Below are positions 42,201 to 52,557 of a DNA stretch of 64,000 nt, piece after piece; within the stretch, counting starts at the first letter, position 1; the number at the start of each line of letters is the position of its first letter. The notes under the pieces were generated by a model. That model had not been told where the DNA came from and ran no database searches. It was given only the letters and a program-made list of their open reading frames with translations. This DNA comes from Synechococcus sp. GTDB lineage: Bacteria; Cyanobacteriota; Cyanobacteriia; PCC-6307; Cyanobiaceae. The stretch spans positions 1,696,136 through 1,760,135 of the forward strand of contig JBJBDC010000001.1 of assembly GCA_047285535.1 (NCBI GenBank), in the 5' to 3' direction. Made by a program: the position numbers and the translations under genes.

Positions 42201-42515
42201 TTATCGCTTCGGTGATCCACGCCGAATTCTCTTGGCCTTGGGATGGCGATACACGGGATCCACAGCTTCCTCTTGGAGCTGACGGGTGGTCTCAATCGCA
42301 AATCCAGCAAGTCCTGTGGAGGCAATGACCATTAGATAAAACAATCGCATCCGGCGAACATCGAGCTCAGCGGGAGTGTTTTCAATTAAAACTTTCAAGA
42401 AATAAGCAAGGGCGCAGCCGATCATGAGGCCAACCGCAATCGCAGCCAACACTCTTGAACCGCTGAACGATTGAGTGGGTGATGTCTTCTTGGGGGATGG
42501 TGAATGTGATCCCAT
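42201..42515 (-). CDS. Two-TM hypothetical membrane protein
   Basis: Start overlaps the RND stop; two hydrophobic helices. Confidence 0.7.
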   Translation of the reverse strand: MGSHSPSPKKTSPTQSFSGSRVLAAIAVGLMIGCALAYFLKVLIENTPAELDVRRMRLFYLMVIASTGLAGFAIETTRQLQEEAVDPVYRHPKAKRIRRGSPKR

Positions 42516-45500
42516 CAGTTCAGTTGCGGATCAGTGGAGGGTTTGGCATCAGCCTGACCAAGCAGTGACTTCATCACCACATAAAAGACGGGAACAACCA
42601 ACGTGGACAGGAAAGTCGCCACTAACAAACCACCAAAGACCACCAAACCAAGAGAAGACTGACTTTGAGCACCGGCGCCAGTGGCCAGCATCAAGGGCAA
42701 AAATCCCGTTAAGGAAGAAATCGCTGTCATCAAAATCGGACGAAGACGAGACTGGGCTGCAAAACGAGCGGCATCGAGAGCTGATGCCCCATCGCCCATC
42801 TTCTGGTTTGCCAGGTCAACAATCAAAATGGCGTTGCCTCCGGCCAGACCGATCAGCATCACCAAACCCACCTGAGCGTAAATATTGAGCACCTGACCAG
42901 CAGCTGCAAGGAACACAAGAGCACCAAGGAGTGCCGTGGGCACCGTGAGCAAGATGATGATCGGATCGGTGTAACTCTCGTATTGAGCGGATAAAACCAG
43001 GAACACAGCCAGAATGCCAAGAGCGAAGATCACCACCGCAAGAGAGCCAGCTTTCACCTCCTCACGGGAGATACCAGTCCAGTCGAAATCAAGATTGGGG
43101 AAATTACCATTGGTGAAGATCGCCTTCATCGCAGTGATCGCCTGACCGGAACTCTTGCCTTCAGCCGGGGAACCCTCAATTTTGATTGAGCGATAGAGGT
43201 TGAAGTGAGGAATCACGCTCGGACCAGTTGTGGGCGTCACCGTGAAGAACTCCGCTAAAGGGATCTGCTCTCCTTTCGCGTTTTTGACGTAGATGGAAGA
43301 GAGCTGTTCGGAGCTGGCTCGACTGGAGTCATCAGACTGCACATAGACCCGACGCACTTTTCCTTCCTGGAAGGTGTCATTGACGTAACTGCCTCCGAAG
43401 TTGATGCTGAAGATCTGCATCGCAGACCCGAAGTCGACGCCGAGGGAAGCCATCTTTTCGCGATCAACCTTGACCTCCACCTGAGGCGCCTCGGGGGTGA
43501 ACAAAGTGCGCACACGACTGAGGAATGGATTGGCGTTACCGGCCTGGACAATCTGCCCAGCAAAACCAAAAAACTGATTGAGGCCAAAGGCACCGCTGCT
43601 CTGGTCCAGCAGCTGGAATTCAAAACCACCCCCAGCGCCGTATCCCGGTATGGCAGGAGGTTCAACGACAAACACCCTGCCGCCATCCACAGCCTTGAGC
43701 AGCTTTTGATTGAGTCTCTCCACAATGGCGGCCATGGTGTGTTCACTGCCCTGGCGCTCATCCCAGTGCTTGGTGCCGAAGAAGAACAAACCCTTATTGG
43801 GGGCATTGCCATCAAGACTGGCTCCGCTGAACAAGGCTGCGGACTGGATGTCGTCTTCGCTGCGCAAAATCTCTGCCACTTGGCGGTTGATCGTGAGAGT
43901 GGTTTCGTTAGACACACCATCGGGAGCTTGCACGACCCCAATCGCATACCCCTGGTCTTCAATCGGAACAAAGCCACCGGGAATGCGAGTAAAGGCAAAA
44001 CCAGTGAGCAAAATGCCTGCGGCCAGGGCTGCCATCACAATGGGTCGCGCCTTGAGCACCTGATCAAGAAGTTTCGAATAACGCTTCTCAAACCCTGCGT
44101 AAAAGCGATTGAAGTGAGTGAAGATCTCCGGAACAAACCAGCCGATACCAAGACCGATCGCCGTAAACAAAATGACAGGGATGAGATTGGTGACTCCAAC
44201 AAGGATCAACCCCACCACAGCACCTCCAACAGCACCAGGCATCCTCAAGGGAATCGATGAGATCTTCATGGCAACGAAACCAATCAAGGCCCCGATCACA
44301 GCGGGAACAAGCACCAGCGCGGCACCATCACCAGCACTCATCAAGCCGTAGGCAAAACCAAGACAAAGACCGGCTGTTGCATATTGCTGCTTACTCAACT
44401 CCTTGGTGTCTCGCTCAAGCAGCAACGCAGCCAGCATTGGCGAAAAGGTGAGAGCGTTGAAGGTGGAGATACCAATAGAGAAGAGGATCGTTGCGGCGAA
44501 CTGCTTATAAATCGTGCCTGTAGCACCAGGGAAAAACAGCACTGGCAGGAACACCGCCATTTTCACCAACGAAGTGGCGATCACGGCGCTGAACAACTCA
44601 TCCATGGTGGCCATGGCCGCTTGAACGGACGTGAGCCCCTCAGCTTTTTTGGCTGACGTGTCTTCAACAACGGTGATGGCATCATCCACCACAAGACCGG
44701 TGGCGAGCACCAGACCAAACAAGGTGAGCTGGTTGAGCGAGAAGCCAAAGACCAAGACCAAAGCAAAGGTTCCAATCAGTGCCACAGGAATGGCGATGGC
44801 CGGGACAAGAGTGGCCTTCCAGTTCTGCAGGAACAGGAAGAGAATGAGCACCACAAGAATCACGGCATCCCGTAGGGAATTGGTCACGCCCTTAATCGAC
44901 TGATTAATAAAGTCAGTCGTGTCGTAGATGACCTGAGTTTCCAACCCAACAGGGAGGGTCTGCTCGAACTTTTCGATCACCTCTTTCACACCATCAGACA
45001 CTTGAATGGCGTTACTACCAGACAACTGATAAACCGCGACACCCACGGAAGGAGTGCCTTTGAGGTCAATCGCGTCAACGCCATAGGCCTCTCCTCCCAA
45101 GCTGACTCGACCGACGTCGCGGAGTTTGATCAGACCACCGTCATCTGTCGTTTTTAAAACAATATTCTCGAACTCCTGCTCAGTCGTCAGACGACCCTGC
45201 AATTGAACAGTGAAGGTAAATTCCTGTCCTTTGGGAGCAGGCGAGCCTCCCACCTTGCCTGCAGGCACCAGACGGTTCTGACTATTGAGCTGATTCACCA
45301 CATCAGCGGAGGTCAGTCCATAGGCAGCGAGCTTGTCCGGATCCAACCAGAGGCGGAACGCCACCTTCCGATTACCAAAATAAGTAACCTCTCCGACCCC
45401 TGGAACACGCTTGATGTTGTCGGTGAGATTCTTGTCTAAATAACCGCTGATTGTCTCAACGCTGTATTCCGTCTTGGAGGGATCGGAATTGACGAAGTTG

Positions 45501-45925
45501 TAGACAAGCAGAATGGAGTTAGAGGCCTTGTTGACGGTGACACCGGCCTTTCTCACCTCCTCAGGCAGCTGAGGCTCCGCCAGGGAAACGCGGTTCTGCA
45601 CGTTCACCTGATTGATATTGCCATCGGTGCCACTGTTGAACGACACAGAGATCGAACTCACCCCATCCGAAGAGCTACTTGAGGTAATGAAATCCATATC
45701 CTCAACACCATTAATCTGCTGTTCGAGCACGGACGTAACACCCTGCTCTACAGAAACAGCATCAGCCCCTACATAGGTGGACTGCACTTTGACTGTCGGA
45801 GGAGCAATATCAGGGAGATTTTCAATCGGCAAAATGGGGATTGAAATCAATCCCACAATCACAATCAGAAGGCTGCAAACGGTACTGAGGACCGGCCGCG
45901 TGATGAAATTATTAGAGGCAGACAT
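42515..45925 (-). CDS. RND efflux transporter permease (HAE1/AcrB family)
   Basis: FITRPVLS, GLVVDDAITVVE, RLRPILMT. Confidence 0.95.
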   Translation of the reverse strand: MSASNNFITRPVLSTVCSLLIVIVGLISIPILPIENLPDIAPPTVKVQSTYVGADAVSVEQGVTSVLEQQINGVEDMDFITSSSSSDGVSSISVSFNSGTDGNINQVNVQNRVSLAEPQLPEEVRKAGVTVNKASNSILLVYNFVNSDPSKTEYSVETISGYLDKNLTDNIKRVPGVGEVTYFGNRKVAFRLWLDPDKLAAYGLTSADVVNQLNSQNRLVPAGKVGGSPAPKGQEFTFTVQLQGRLTTEQEFENIVLKTTDDGGLIKLRDVGRVSLGGEAYGVDAIDLKGTPSVGVAVYQLSGSNAIQVSDGVKEVIEKFEQTLPVGLETQVIYDTTDFINQSIKGVTNSLRDAVILVVLILFLFLQNWKATLVPAIAIPVALIGTFALVLVFGFSLNQLTLFGLVLATGLVVDDAITVVEDTSAKKAEGLTSVQAAMATMDELFSAVIATSLVKMAVFLPVLFFPGATGTIYKQFAATILFSIGISTFNALTFSPMLAALLLERDTKELSKQQYATAGLCLGFAYGLMSAGDGAALVLVPAVIGALIGFVAMKISSIPLRMPGAVGGAVVGLILVGVTNLIPVILFTAIGLGIGWFVPEIFTHFNRFYAGFEKRYSKLLDQVLKARPIVMAALAAGILLTGFAFTRIPGGFVPIEDQGYAIGVVQAPDGVSNETTLTINRQVAEILRSEDDIQSAALFSGASLDGNAPNKGLFFFGTKHWDERQGSEHTMAAIVERLNQKLLKAVDGGRVFVVEPPAIPGYGAGGGFEFQLLDQSSGAFGLNQFFGFAGQIVQAGNANPFLSRVRTLFTPEAPQVEVKVDREKMASLGVDFGSAMQIFSINFGGSYVNDTFQEGKVRRVYVQSDDSSRASSEQLSSIYVKNAKGEQIPLAEFFTVTPTTGPSVIPHFNLYRSIKIEGSPAEGKSSGQAITAMKAIFTNGNFPNLDFDWTGISREEVKAGSLAVVIFALGILAVFLVLSAQYESYTDPIIILLTVPTALLGALVFLAAAGQVLNIYAQVGLVMLIGLAGGNAILIVDLANQKMGDGASALDAARFAAQSRLRPILMTAISSLTGFLPLMLATGAGAQSQSSLGLVVFGGLLVATFLSTLVVPVFYVVMKSLLGQADAKPSTDPQLN

Positions 45926-45934
45926 GTCTCAGCC

Positions 45935-47074
45935 TCAATTCTTGGCCGCAGCAGGTTGATCCCCTGCCCGCTGTGTTTTCAGCTGAATCGGCATCCCATG
46001 CTTGAGATTCAGGAGGTTGGTGGTAATGACCTTTTGGTTGAGCTTCAGTCCTTTAGAGACTGGATAGCGATTGTTTTGCAGAACGCCAATGACCACTGGT
46101 GTTTGCAATGCAAAAAGCGTGTTTGCGGGTAATACACCTTTCTTGATACCCAAACTCAGTCGCTCGATATCAGCTTTACCTGGGTTGGCTTTCAACTCAT
46201 CAAAGTTGCCAATGCGAAAGACGAAGCTCTGACCGGAGGTTTGAGTCACCGCGGCAAAGGGAACTGACAATTGCTGGGTCGTTTTCAATTGAACACGGGT
46301 CCTAAGCCTCTGACCACTACGGAGTAGACCATCATTGTTTTCAAACAGTGCTTTCACGAGCAACCCCTGTGTTTGGGGATTCACTTGGGGATCAATCGAC
46401 TCAATTTTGCTAATTGCCAGTGGCTTTGAATGACCTGGTGCAGTCAGAATCACAGGCTGTCCAAGGGCGAGCCGATCTCCATAGACTGAAGGAACTTCAA
46501 CCAGAGCTTCAAGGGTGTTGTTCTGAACAACACTCGTAAATGGCTGATTTTGCTGGACTACATCGCCGACCTTGACTCGTACATTCGCCACTGTGCCGTT
46601 GATCGGCGAACGCAAATTGCTGTAGCTCAACGTGGCCTCGAGGGACTTCACATTTTCAAGAGCCGCGAGGTAGCGCGTTCGATAAGAGTCGCGCTGACGA
46701 AGCGAGGCAGCACCCACTTTGGCTAGATATTCTTCCCTCTGCCAATCGATCTTTGCAGTGGCCGTCTTCGCCCGTTGCTCGGCTAATGCTGCTCGTTGCT
46801 GGGCCTGATCAAGAACGACCAATAACTGACCAGGACTGATCTGATCACCCTGCCTCATATTCAACTGGGTAACTCGACCAGACGTTTGAGCAGCCAACTC
46901 AACCAGCTCATAAGCCTCGAGGGTGCTCACGGTATCGATATCGTCCGTAAAGGGAGCTTCTAGAACCGACGCCTGCTGCACAGGTAGGGCTGGCCTCTTT
47001 TCAGCGGAGCCTCCACAAGCACTCACTGAAATTGCTGTCAACAGCACTGACAGCAATGATCTAAATCGCAGCAC
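45935..47074 (-). CDS. RND periplasmic adaptor (membrane fusion protein)
   Basis: Lipobox VSAC, lipoyl-type GRV...GDQI and LRSPINGTV motifs. Confidence 0.93.
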   Translation of the reverse strand: MLRFRSLLSVLLTAISVSACGGSAEKRPALPVQQASVLEAPFTDDIDTVSTLEAYELVELAAQTSGRVTQLNMRQGDQISPGQLLVVLDQAQQRAALAEQRAKTATAKIDWQREEYLAKVGAASLRQRDSYRTRYLAALENVKSLEATLSYSNLRSPINGTVANVRVKVGDVVQQNQPFTSVVQNNTLEALVEVPSVYGDRLALGQPVILTAPGHSKPLAISKIESIDPQVNPQTQGLLVKALFENNDGLLRSGQRLRTRVQLKTTQQLSVPFAAVTQTSGQSFVFRIGNFDELKANPGKADIERLSLGIKKGVLPANTLFALQTPVVIGVLQNNRYPVSKGLKLNQKVITTNLLNLKHGMPIQLKTQRAGDQPAAAKN

Positions 47075-47163
47075 AAATCCTGTGACGAACGGACAGATTA
47101 TGGATGAATTTCATCCAAATTTCGGTTCCAATCAGGCGAGAATTGAAACATTATGACCATCTT

Positions 47164-49368
47164 ATGGAGATGGGTCGGTTGGCAGATGATCTCTTCAGCC
47201 ACCACGGGAACCAACTGAGACGTCGTCAAGCGCCATTAGCTGACCGTCTTAGGCCGACAACGCTGGATGAATTTGCGGGCCAAGGGGCAATCCTCGCCGA
47301 AGGACGATTACTGCGTCGAGCAATTGCGGCAGACCGCGTTGGAAACCTGATCCTGCATGGCCCTCCTGGGGTCGGCAAGACAACCCTGGCCAGGATTATT
47401 GCGACCCACACAAGAGCTCACTTCAGCAGCCTGAATGCTGTTCTGGCGGGTGTTAAGGATCTACGGGAGCAAGTGGACTCAGCCAGGGAACGCTTGGAGA
47501 GACATGGCTTGCGCACCATTCTGTTCATTGATGAAGTGCACCGCTTCAACAGCGCTCAACAAGATGCGCTGTTGCCATGGGTGGAGAACGGCACGCTCAC
47601 CCTGATCGGAGCAACCACTGAGAACCCTTACTTCGAAGTCAATAAAGCTCTCGTGAGTCGTTCGAGGTTGTTTCGTCTTCAGAGTCTTGAAGCCAACGAT
47701 CTACGCCATTTGCTTCACAGAGCCCTTAGCGACAAAGAGCGTGGGTATGGCAATCGTGCTGTGACGATCACTCCAGACGCCGAGGACCACATGGTGGACG
47801 TCGCTAACGGGGACGCGCGCAGCCTTCTCAATGCCCTGGAACTGGCGGTGGAAAGCACATCGGCAACCAATCCAGAAGACAGGATTGAGATTGATTTGGC
47901 CATTGCCGAGGAATCCATTCAAGAGCGTGCGGTGCTCTACGACAAACAGGGCGACGCACACTTCGACACGATTAGCGCTTTCATCAAATCCCTACGGGGC
48001 TCCGATGCCGATGCCGCCCTGTTTTGGCTGGCGCGCATGCTGGAAGCCGGAGAGAACCCAAGGTTCATCTTTCGACGGATGTTGATTTCAGCCGGCGAAG
48101 ATATCGGTTTGGCAGACCCCCAGGCTGTTGTGGTGGTTGAAGCCTGTGCCGCGGCCTTCGAGCGTATCGGCCTTCCGGAAGGGCTTTACCCGCTCGCACA
48201 GGCAGCTCTCTACTTGGCCTGTGCCGAAAAAAGCAACAGCACGATGGGACTCTTTGAAGCCATCCAGCGGGTACGCAGTACTCAGCATCAGGATGTGCCG
48301 AGTCATCTCCGTGATGCGCATCGCGATGGTGAAGCCTTCGGAGACGGGCAGGGCTATCGCTACCCACACGCCTACAGAGAACACTGGGTTGCACAGCAAT
48401 ACCTACCCGATGCCCTGCAGGGGGAGGTCTTCTGGACACCCAGCAAACAGGGCTGGGAAGGACAAAGGCAAGAACGAATGCTCGTTCGTCGAGCAGCTCA
48501 GCTCGCAGTCGCCGCAGAGGCTGCCCATATGCACCCCCTACTACTCAGCAGTGGACCTGACCTACCCGAAATGGAACGCTGGCTCCACCGTCAGCTCTTA
48601 CAACACGACGAGCGCTTGCAAGAACTGCAACGACGACTCTGGGCAGGAGTGAACTTTCAACGCACAGACCGGGTGCTTGTGATTGGGGGGCGGTCCCTTC
48701 TCTGGGCCTTGGGTCCACTGCATGCGGTGAGGGACGGTGGCGTCACAATCCTGTGCTCCACAGATCATGAGACAACTCGACTGCAAGCACAGGTGGATGT
48801 CCTGGATCCACTTCATCGCCCCACACTCCTAAGAGGAGGCGTGGCGGCCCTAACAGCTCTTCCCCAAGACTTGAAATTCGAAGTCGTTGGAGGGCGATTA
48901 AGCACGGATGACCGAGGCCTCATTGCATCTCCTGAACTTTGGAATCTGCTGCAATCGAAACTCACACCAGCTTCAAAGCTGAACTTTCTACTCAGCCATA
49001 CAAAGGTCGGTCCTGCAGCAGCCCTTCTTGAAGAATGCTCACTCTCAACTGGAGACCTATCAGAGCTGATTGAGCAGGAGGAGCAATGGCTCCAAACTCA
49101 GCAACTCAATCCGCTGGTACTCACAGAGCTCGAACGGCTCTCAAAACCGGTGTCGACTGAGATTTGGGAAGAATCTCTCTCACTACCCATTGATGAGCGC
49201 CTCGAGAAACGCTGGCTGGGGGACAACCGTCCTTATCGAGCACTGATCAATCACTGCCAACAACCTGAAACGGTACTCAGCACACTTCAGCAGCTTTTAA
49301 AAACAAACTGGGGTGTCGCCCTTCCACAGCGAGTGATCCATCAACGCCTCTCGTGCCAGAAACAATAA
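47164..49368 (+). CDS. rarA: Replication-associated recombination ATPase RarA/MgsA with C-terminal extension
   Basis: APLADRLRP, GPPGVGKTT, FIDEVHRFN, GATTENPYF, ISAFIKSLRGSD. Confidence 0.92.
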   Translation: MEMGRLADDLFSHHGNQLRRRQAPLADRLRPTTLDEFAGQGAILAEGRLLRRAIAADRVGNLILHGPPGVGKTTLARIIATHTRAHFSSLNAVLAGVKDLREQVDSARERLERHGLRTILFIDEVHRFNSAQQDALLPWVENGTLTLIGATTENPYFEVNKALVSRSRLFRLQSLEANDLRHLLHRALSDKERGYGNRAVTITPDAEDHMVDVANGDARSLLNALELAVESTSATNPEDRIEIDLAIAEESIQERAVLYDKQGDAHFDTISAFIKSLRGSDADAALFWLARMLEAGENPRFIFRRMLISAGEDIGLADPQAVVVVEACAAAFERIGLPEGLYPLAQAALYLACAEKSNSTMGLFEAIQRVRSTQHQDVPSHLRDAHRDGEAFGDGQGYRYPHAYREHWVAQQYLPDALQGEVFWTPSKQGWEGQRQERMLVRRAAQLAVAAEAAHMHPLLLSSGPDLPEMERWLHRQLLQHDERLQELQRRLWAGVNFQRTDRVLVIGGRSLLWALGPLHAVRDGGVTILCSTDHETTRLQAQVDVLDPLHRPTLLRGGVAALTALPQDLKFEVVGGRLSTDDRGLIASPELWNLLQSKLTPASKLNFLLSHTKVGPAAALLEECSLSTGDLSELIEQEEQWLQTQQLNPLVLTELERLSKPVSTEIWEESLSLPIDERLEKRWLGDNRPYRALINHCQQPETVLSTLQQLLKTNWGVALPQRVIHQRLSCQKQ

Positions 49369-49397
49369 AAAAGCCCTGGCAAAGCCAGGGCTTGAAA
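49364..49397. terminator. Intrinsic terminator between convergent genes
   Basis: AAGCCCTGGC-AAA-GCCAGGGCTT hairpin (49371-49393) with an A-tract on the left (U-tract for the minus-strand gene). Confidence 0.8.
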
Positions 49398-49418
49398 TGG
49401 CCAAAGCCATTATCTGGA

Positions 49419-50051
49419 TCACCAGAGGCCGCGCACAGGAGCTGGGTCAGCGGCGCGAGGAGCTGGAGCTGCAGGAAGAATCTGTCTGGCCTGAATGCAG
49501 GCAGGCAGGAAGACGTACCAAGACATCAAAGATGTGGCTTGGGCTCCATCGAGACCTTCCTTACAGACGTTCTGTGAACCATCAGAGGCTCCGTTGTCAG
49601 CAAGAGCGAAGTCAACAGGGAGAGCATTCAAGATGCCAGCAGAGGAGATTTGACCATCTGCAGCGTCCATGATGATGGCGGAGCGAAGAGCAACCACTGA
49701 GGTCTCTTGCTTCTTCCAATAGGGGTAGTAGCTCGTGGTCTGATCCTGCAAGAAGGCAACGCCATCGTCTGAATACAGGAAGCGGGACACTCCAACGAGA
49801 TCAACTTCGTAGGACTTGGTCATGCCTTGCTGAATTTCATCAGCAGTCCAACCGGAATTATTGATTCCACCTTGAAGACCGCGATCGGTGATCTCACCGT
49901 CAGCGAAGAAGGTCTTGAATGCTGCTGACTTGGTGGACCAAACAGCACCACCGGTTTTCCAGCGCACAGGGCGCTCGGCTGCTTCGGCGGCAACAGCCAG
50001 AGTTGTGAGAGAAGCGGCGGCGAGGACGCCAGCTGCAAGACGGGTGAACAC
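49419..50051 (-). CDS. Exported DUF1400-like protein
   Basis: Signal peptide ending AEA-AE; VSRFLYSDDG, VALRSAII. Confidence 0.65.
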   Translation of the reverse strand: MFTRLAAGVLAAASLTTLAVAAEAAERPVRWKTGGAVWSTKSAAFKTFFADGEITDRGLQGGINNSGWTADEIQQGMTKSYEVDLVGVSRFLYSDDGVAFLQDQTTSYYPYWKKQETSVVALRSAIIMDAADGQISSAGILNALPVDFALADNGASDGSQNVCKEGLDGAQATSLMSWYVFLPACIQARQILPAAPAPRAADPAPVRGLW

Positions 50052-50217
50052 GGACGGTGGAGATATAGACGTCCATTAAAACTTAGACGTTGAAAAATGA
50101 AATGCCAACAAAAATCGTGGGTCCAGTACAAGGAAGTGTCCAAACTGAGCACAATTCGAACCAACCAAAACGAGTCTCACGAATCTCAAATAACCTGAGA
50201 AGAACCAGCCTCCTATT

Positions 50218-50727
50218 TCAATTCTCTGAGATATTCCATGACGTCCAACCTTCAGGACAAACGGAAAACGTCTGCTCCTTTGGGAGAGTAGCCAGGCCTC
50301 TGCACTGAAGTCTCACAAGCTTTTCTCCATTGAAATACACGACGGCAAGGTAACTTTCATCACCTCGTTTTGGAGTCAGCCATAAACGGGTGCTGCTGAC
50401 ATTCGTTTCCAGGTGAACATTCAAGCTCTCGTCGCTGCTCAAACCAAGATCCCTCAGCGATGAGGCGAATTGTCCCCAATAAAAACTGGCAAGCTGGCCG
50501 CGCACAAAGGCTCTGAGTAACTCTTTTGCTTGGCGACGCTGATTCAATGTTGCTTCTTGGTCATCAAGCTGCTGAATGAATTGCCCATCGGAAGACTGAA
50601 CCACTTCGATGGGAGCGGAGAACGGCTTGTGACTGAGAGCGACTACACCAAAGCATGCCAAAACGGTGGCAGCTGCAACCGTGGGGAAAGATCGCATCCA
50701 AGCCTGAGTCACACCAACCGGGAGCAA
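50218..50727 (-). CDS. Hypothetical protein with N-terminal TM (pilin-like)
   Basis: Hydrophobic N-terminus, RGQLASFYWGQFASSLRDLGL, C-terminal Cys pair. Confidence 0.6.
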   Translation of the reverse strand: MLPVGVTQAWMRSFPTVAAATVLACFGVVALSHKPFSAPIEVVQSSDGQFIQQLDDQEATLNQRRQAKELLRAFVRGQLASFYWGQFASSLRDLGLSSDESLNVHLETNVSSTRLWLTPKRGDESYLAVVYFNGEKLVRLQCRGLATLPKEQTFSVCPEGWTSWNISEN

Positions 50728-50743
50728 GATCCCAAATCCACTC

Positions 50744-51400
50744 TCAACCTAGGCAAACCCTTCCACCATTCAACAGCTGTTCAGAAGCTGACACGATCGC
50801 CAAGGCCCAGGGGCCTATTTGGCGAGATTGGGCGAAAACCTCAACGCCGCTACCCCGGTGGCATGCACTCTGGCCATCAGCAGAGACGCTCCAATGCGAC
50901 AAATCTCGAGCCAATGATCCGTTGTGCCACTTGATCGCAGCTTCTTTGATCAACCAGTACTCCAGCACGGCCTGTTGCAAGTCATCTCGATCAAGCGCCA
51001 TGAGATGCTCCTGTTCAGCCAGTGAGTAATAGCGGCTCATCAATGCTTGAGCCGCAAACTGACGGTCCAAACGCTCCAGGTCGACCCCAATGGGTTCCGA
51101 CGACCATGCCATCAATGCAAATCCAGCACTGTGACTGAGACTGAGACAACCCCACCCTGAGGGCAAAGACGGCGGAGAGCCTGGCGGGGCATGCAAGGGG
51201 ATCTCCAAAGCCTCCAACCCCCATAAATCGCCCAAGCACAAGCGCATCCAGGAACGGGAGCCAAGAAAACGCTGCTGGCGCAACTGGCCCAAGCGGCTAG
51301 CCCATGTTTGTTCCAATGCGGTGACGCATGGTTGCGTTGAAGAAACAGGGCCAAGCCACAACACAGGTACGCTTCCGCTCTGGTTCAAGACTTCCTCCAT
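50744..51400 (-). CDS. 4'-phosphopantetheinyl transferase (Sfp type)
   Basis: LSLSHS, PIGVDLE, WLIKEAAIKW; start uncertain. Confidence 0.88.
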   Translation of the reverse strand: MEEVLNQSGSVPVLWLGPVSSTQPCVTALEQTWASRLGQLRQQRFLGSRSWMRLCLGDLWGLEALEIPLHAPPGSPPSLPSGWGCLSLSHSAGFALMAWSSEPIGVDLERLDRQFAAQALMSRYYSLAEQEHLMALDRDDLQQAVLEYWLIKEAAIKWHNGSLARDLSHWSVSADGQSACHRGSGVEVFAQSRQIGPWALAIVSASEQLLNGGRVCLG

Positions 51401-51866
51401 GACCTTGCAGATCGGCGATCTCGCGCCTGATTTCACCCTTCCTGACCAAAATGGAGAGCCATTGCAACTGGCCTCATTCAGGGGACAGCGCGTAGTGATC
51501 TACTTCTATCCCAAGGATGCCACCCCTGGCTGCACGAAAGAAGCCTGCAACTTCCGAGATCGTTGGTCACTGTTTCAGCAGCATGGAATCCAAGTGTTAG
51601 GGATTAGCAAGGACAACGCTTCATCCCATACGCGCTTCATCGCCAAGCAAGAGCTTCCATTCATCCTGTTAACGGATGAAGAGCCCTGCCCAGTCGCTAG
51701 CACCTATGACAGTTACGGCCTGAAGAAGTTCATGGGCCGTGAATTCATGGGGATGATGCGACACACCTTTGTCGTGGATGCGGAAGGACGCTTGGAATTG
51801 ATTTACAGAAAAGTGAAAGCAGAGTCCATGGCCGACCAGATCCTCAGCGATTTAGGACTCAGCTGA
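51399..51866 (+). CDS. bcp: Peroxiredoxin Q / BCP
   Basis: APDFTLPDQNG, YFYPKDATPGCTKEACNFRD. Confidence 0.95.
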   Translation: MTLQIGDLAPDFTLPDQNGEPLQLASFRGQRVVIYFYPKDATPGCTKEACNFRDRWSLFQQHGIQVLGISKDNASSHTRFIAKQELPFILLTDEEPCPVASTYDSYGLKKFMGREFMGMMRHTFVVDAEGRLELIYRKVKAESMADQILSDLGLS

Positions 51867-52557
51867 TCAGCTCCACCATCGCCTCCATCACCAAATCCGG
51901 TTGATGCTGCACCTCCACTGGCAACCGCTCCTGAAGTCTCGGGAGCAGTTGAGGTGCATCCCCTCCACAAAGCCATATCGGCCAAGAGCATTGAGCCTGG
52001 GCTTGGGTAATCAGACCTACTAGGCTTTCCATGGCTCCACAACGCATCGCAGCAGACGTCTCGAAAGGGAAGTACTCCACCATTTCGAGTTCAGATTCGA
52101 GTGGAGATGGTGGTTCAAGGCCTGCGGCACCTGAAGCCATGGCTCGCAATTGCAGTCCATAGCCAGCCGCCAGCAACCCACCAGAGAATCGTCCGTTTTG
52201 AGAGATTCTGGTCAGGCTTAAAACAGTGCCTGCATCCACAACCATGACTCCACTTCGATTCCCACTGGCCTGCCAAGCTCCCCATCCAGCCAGGACTCGA
52301 TCAATTCCCACCCAATCAGGGATGCCCTGAAGAGGAATGTCAGCCAAGCTCAACCGTCGACTTGACGGCAAAGAAGGATGGGCAGGTACAGGACCCACTG
52401 CAGCCCAAGCAAGAAGATCAAATGGTGCATCGAAGGCCCCAGGAACAGCTTGCTCATGCCTATACATCCAGTGAGCACGACCCTTTTGCTCTGCCCAGTG
52501 CCAGCGACTGTTCCCAATCAGCAAGCAACGGGAAGGGATGCCAGCGCTAGATGCCAT
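51859..52557 (-). CDS. coaX: Type III pantothenate kinase
   Basis: LLIGNSRWHW, VGIDR, VVDAGT, LCGGDA. Confidence 0.88.
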   Translation of the reverse strand: MASSAGIPSRCLLIGNSRWHWAEQKGRAHWMYRHEQAVPGAFDAPFDLLAWAAVGPVPAHPSLPSSRRLSLADIPLQGIPDWVGIDRVLAGWGAWQASGNRSGVMVVDAGTVLSLTRISQNGRFSGGLLAAGYGLQLRAMASGAAGLEPPSPLESELEMVEYFPFETSAAMRCGAMESLVGLITQAQAQCSWPIWLCGGDAPQLLPRLQERLPVEVQHQPDLVMEAMVELIS

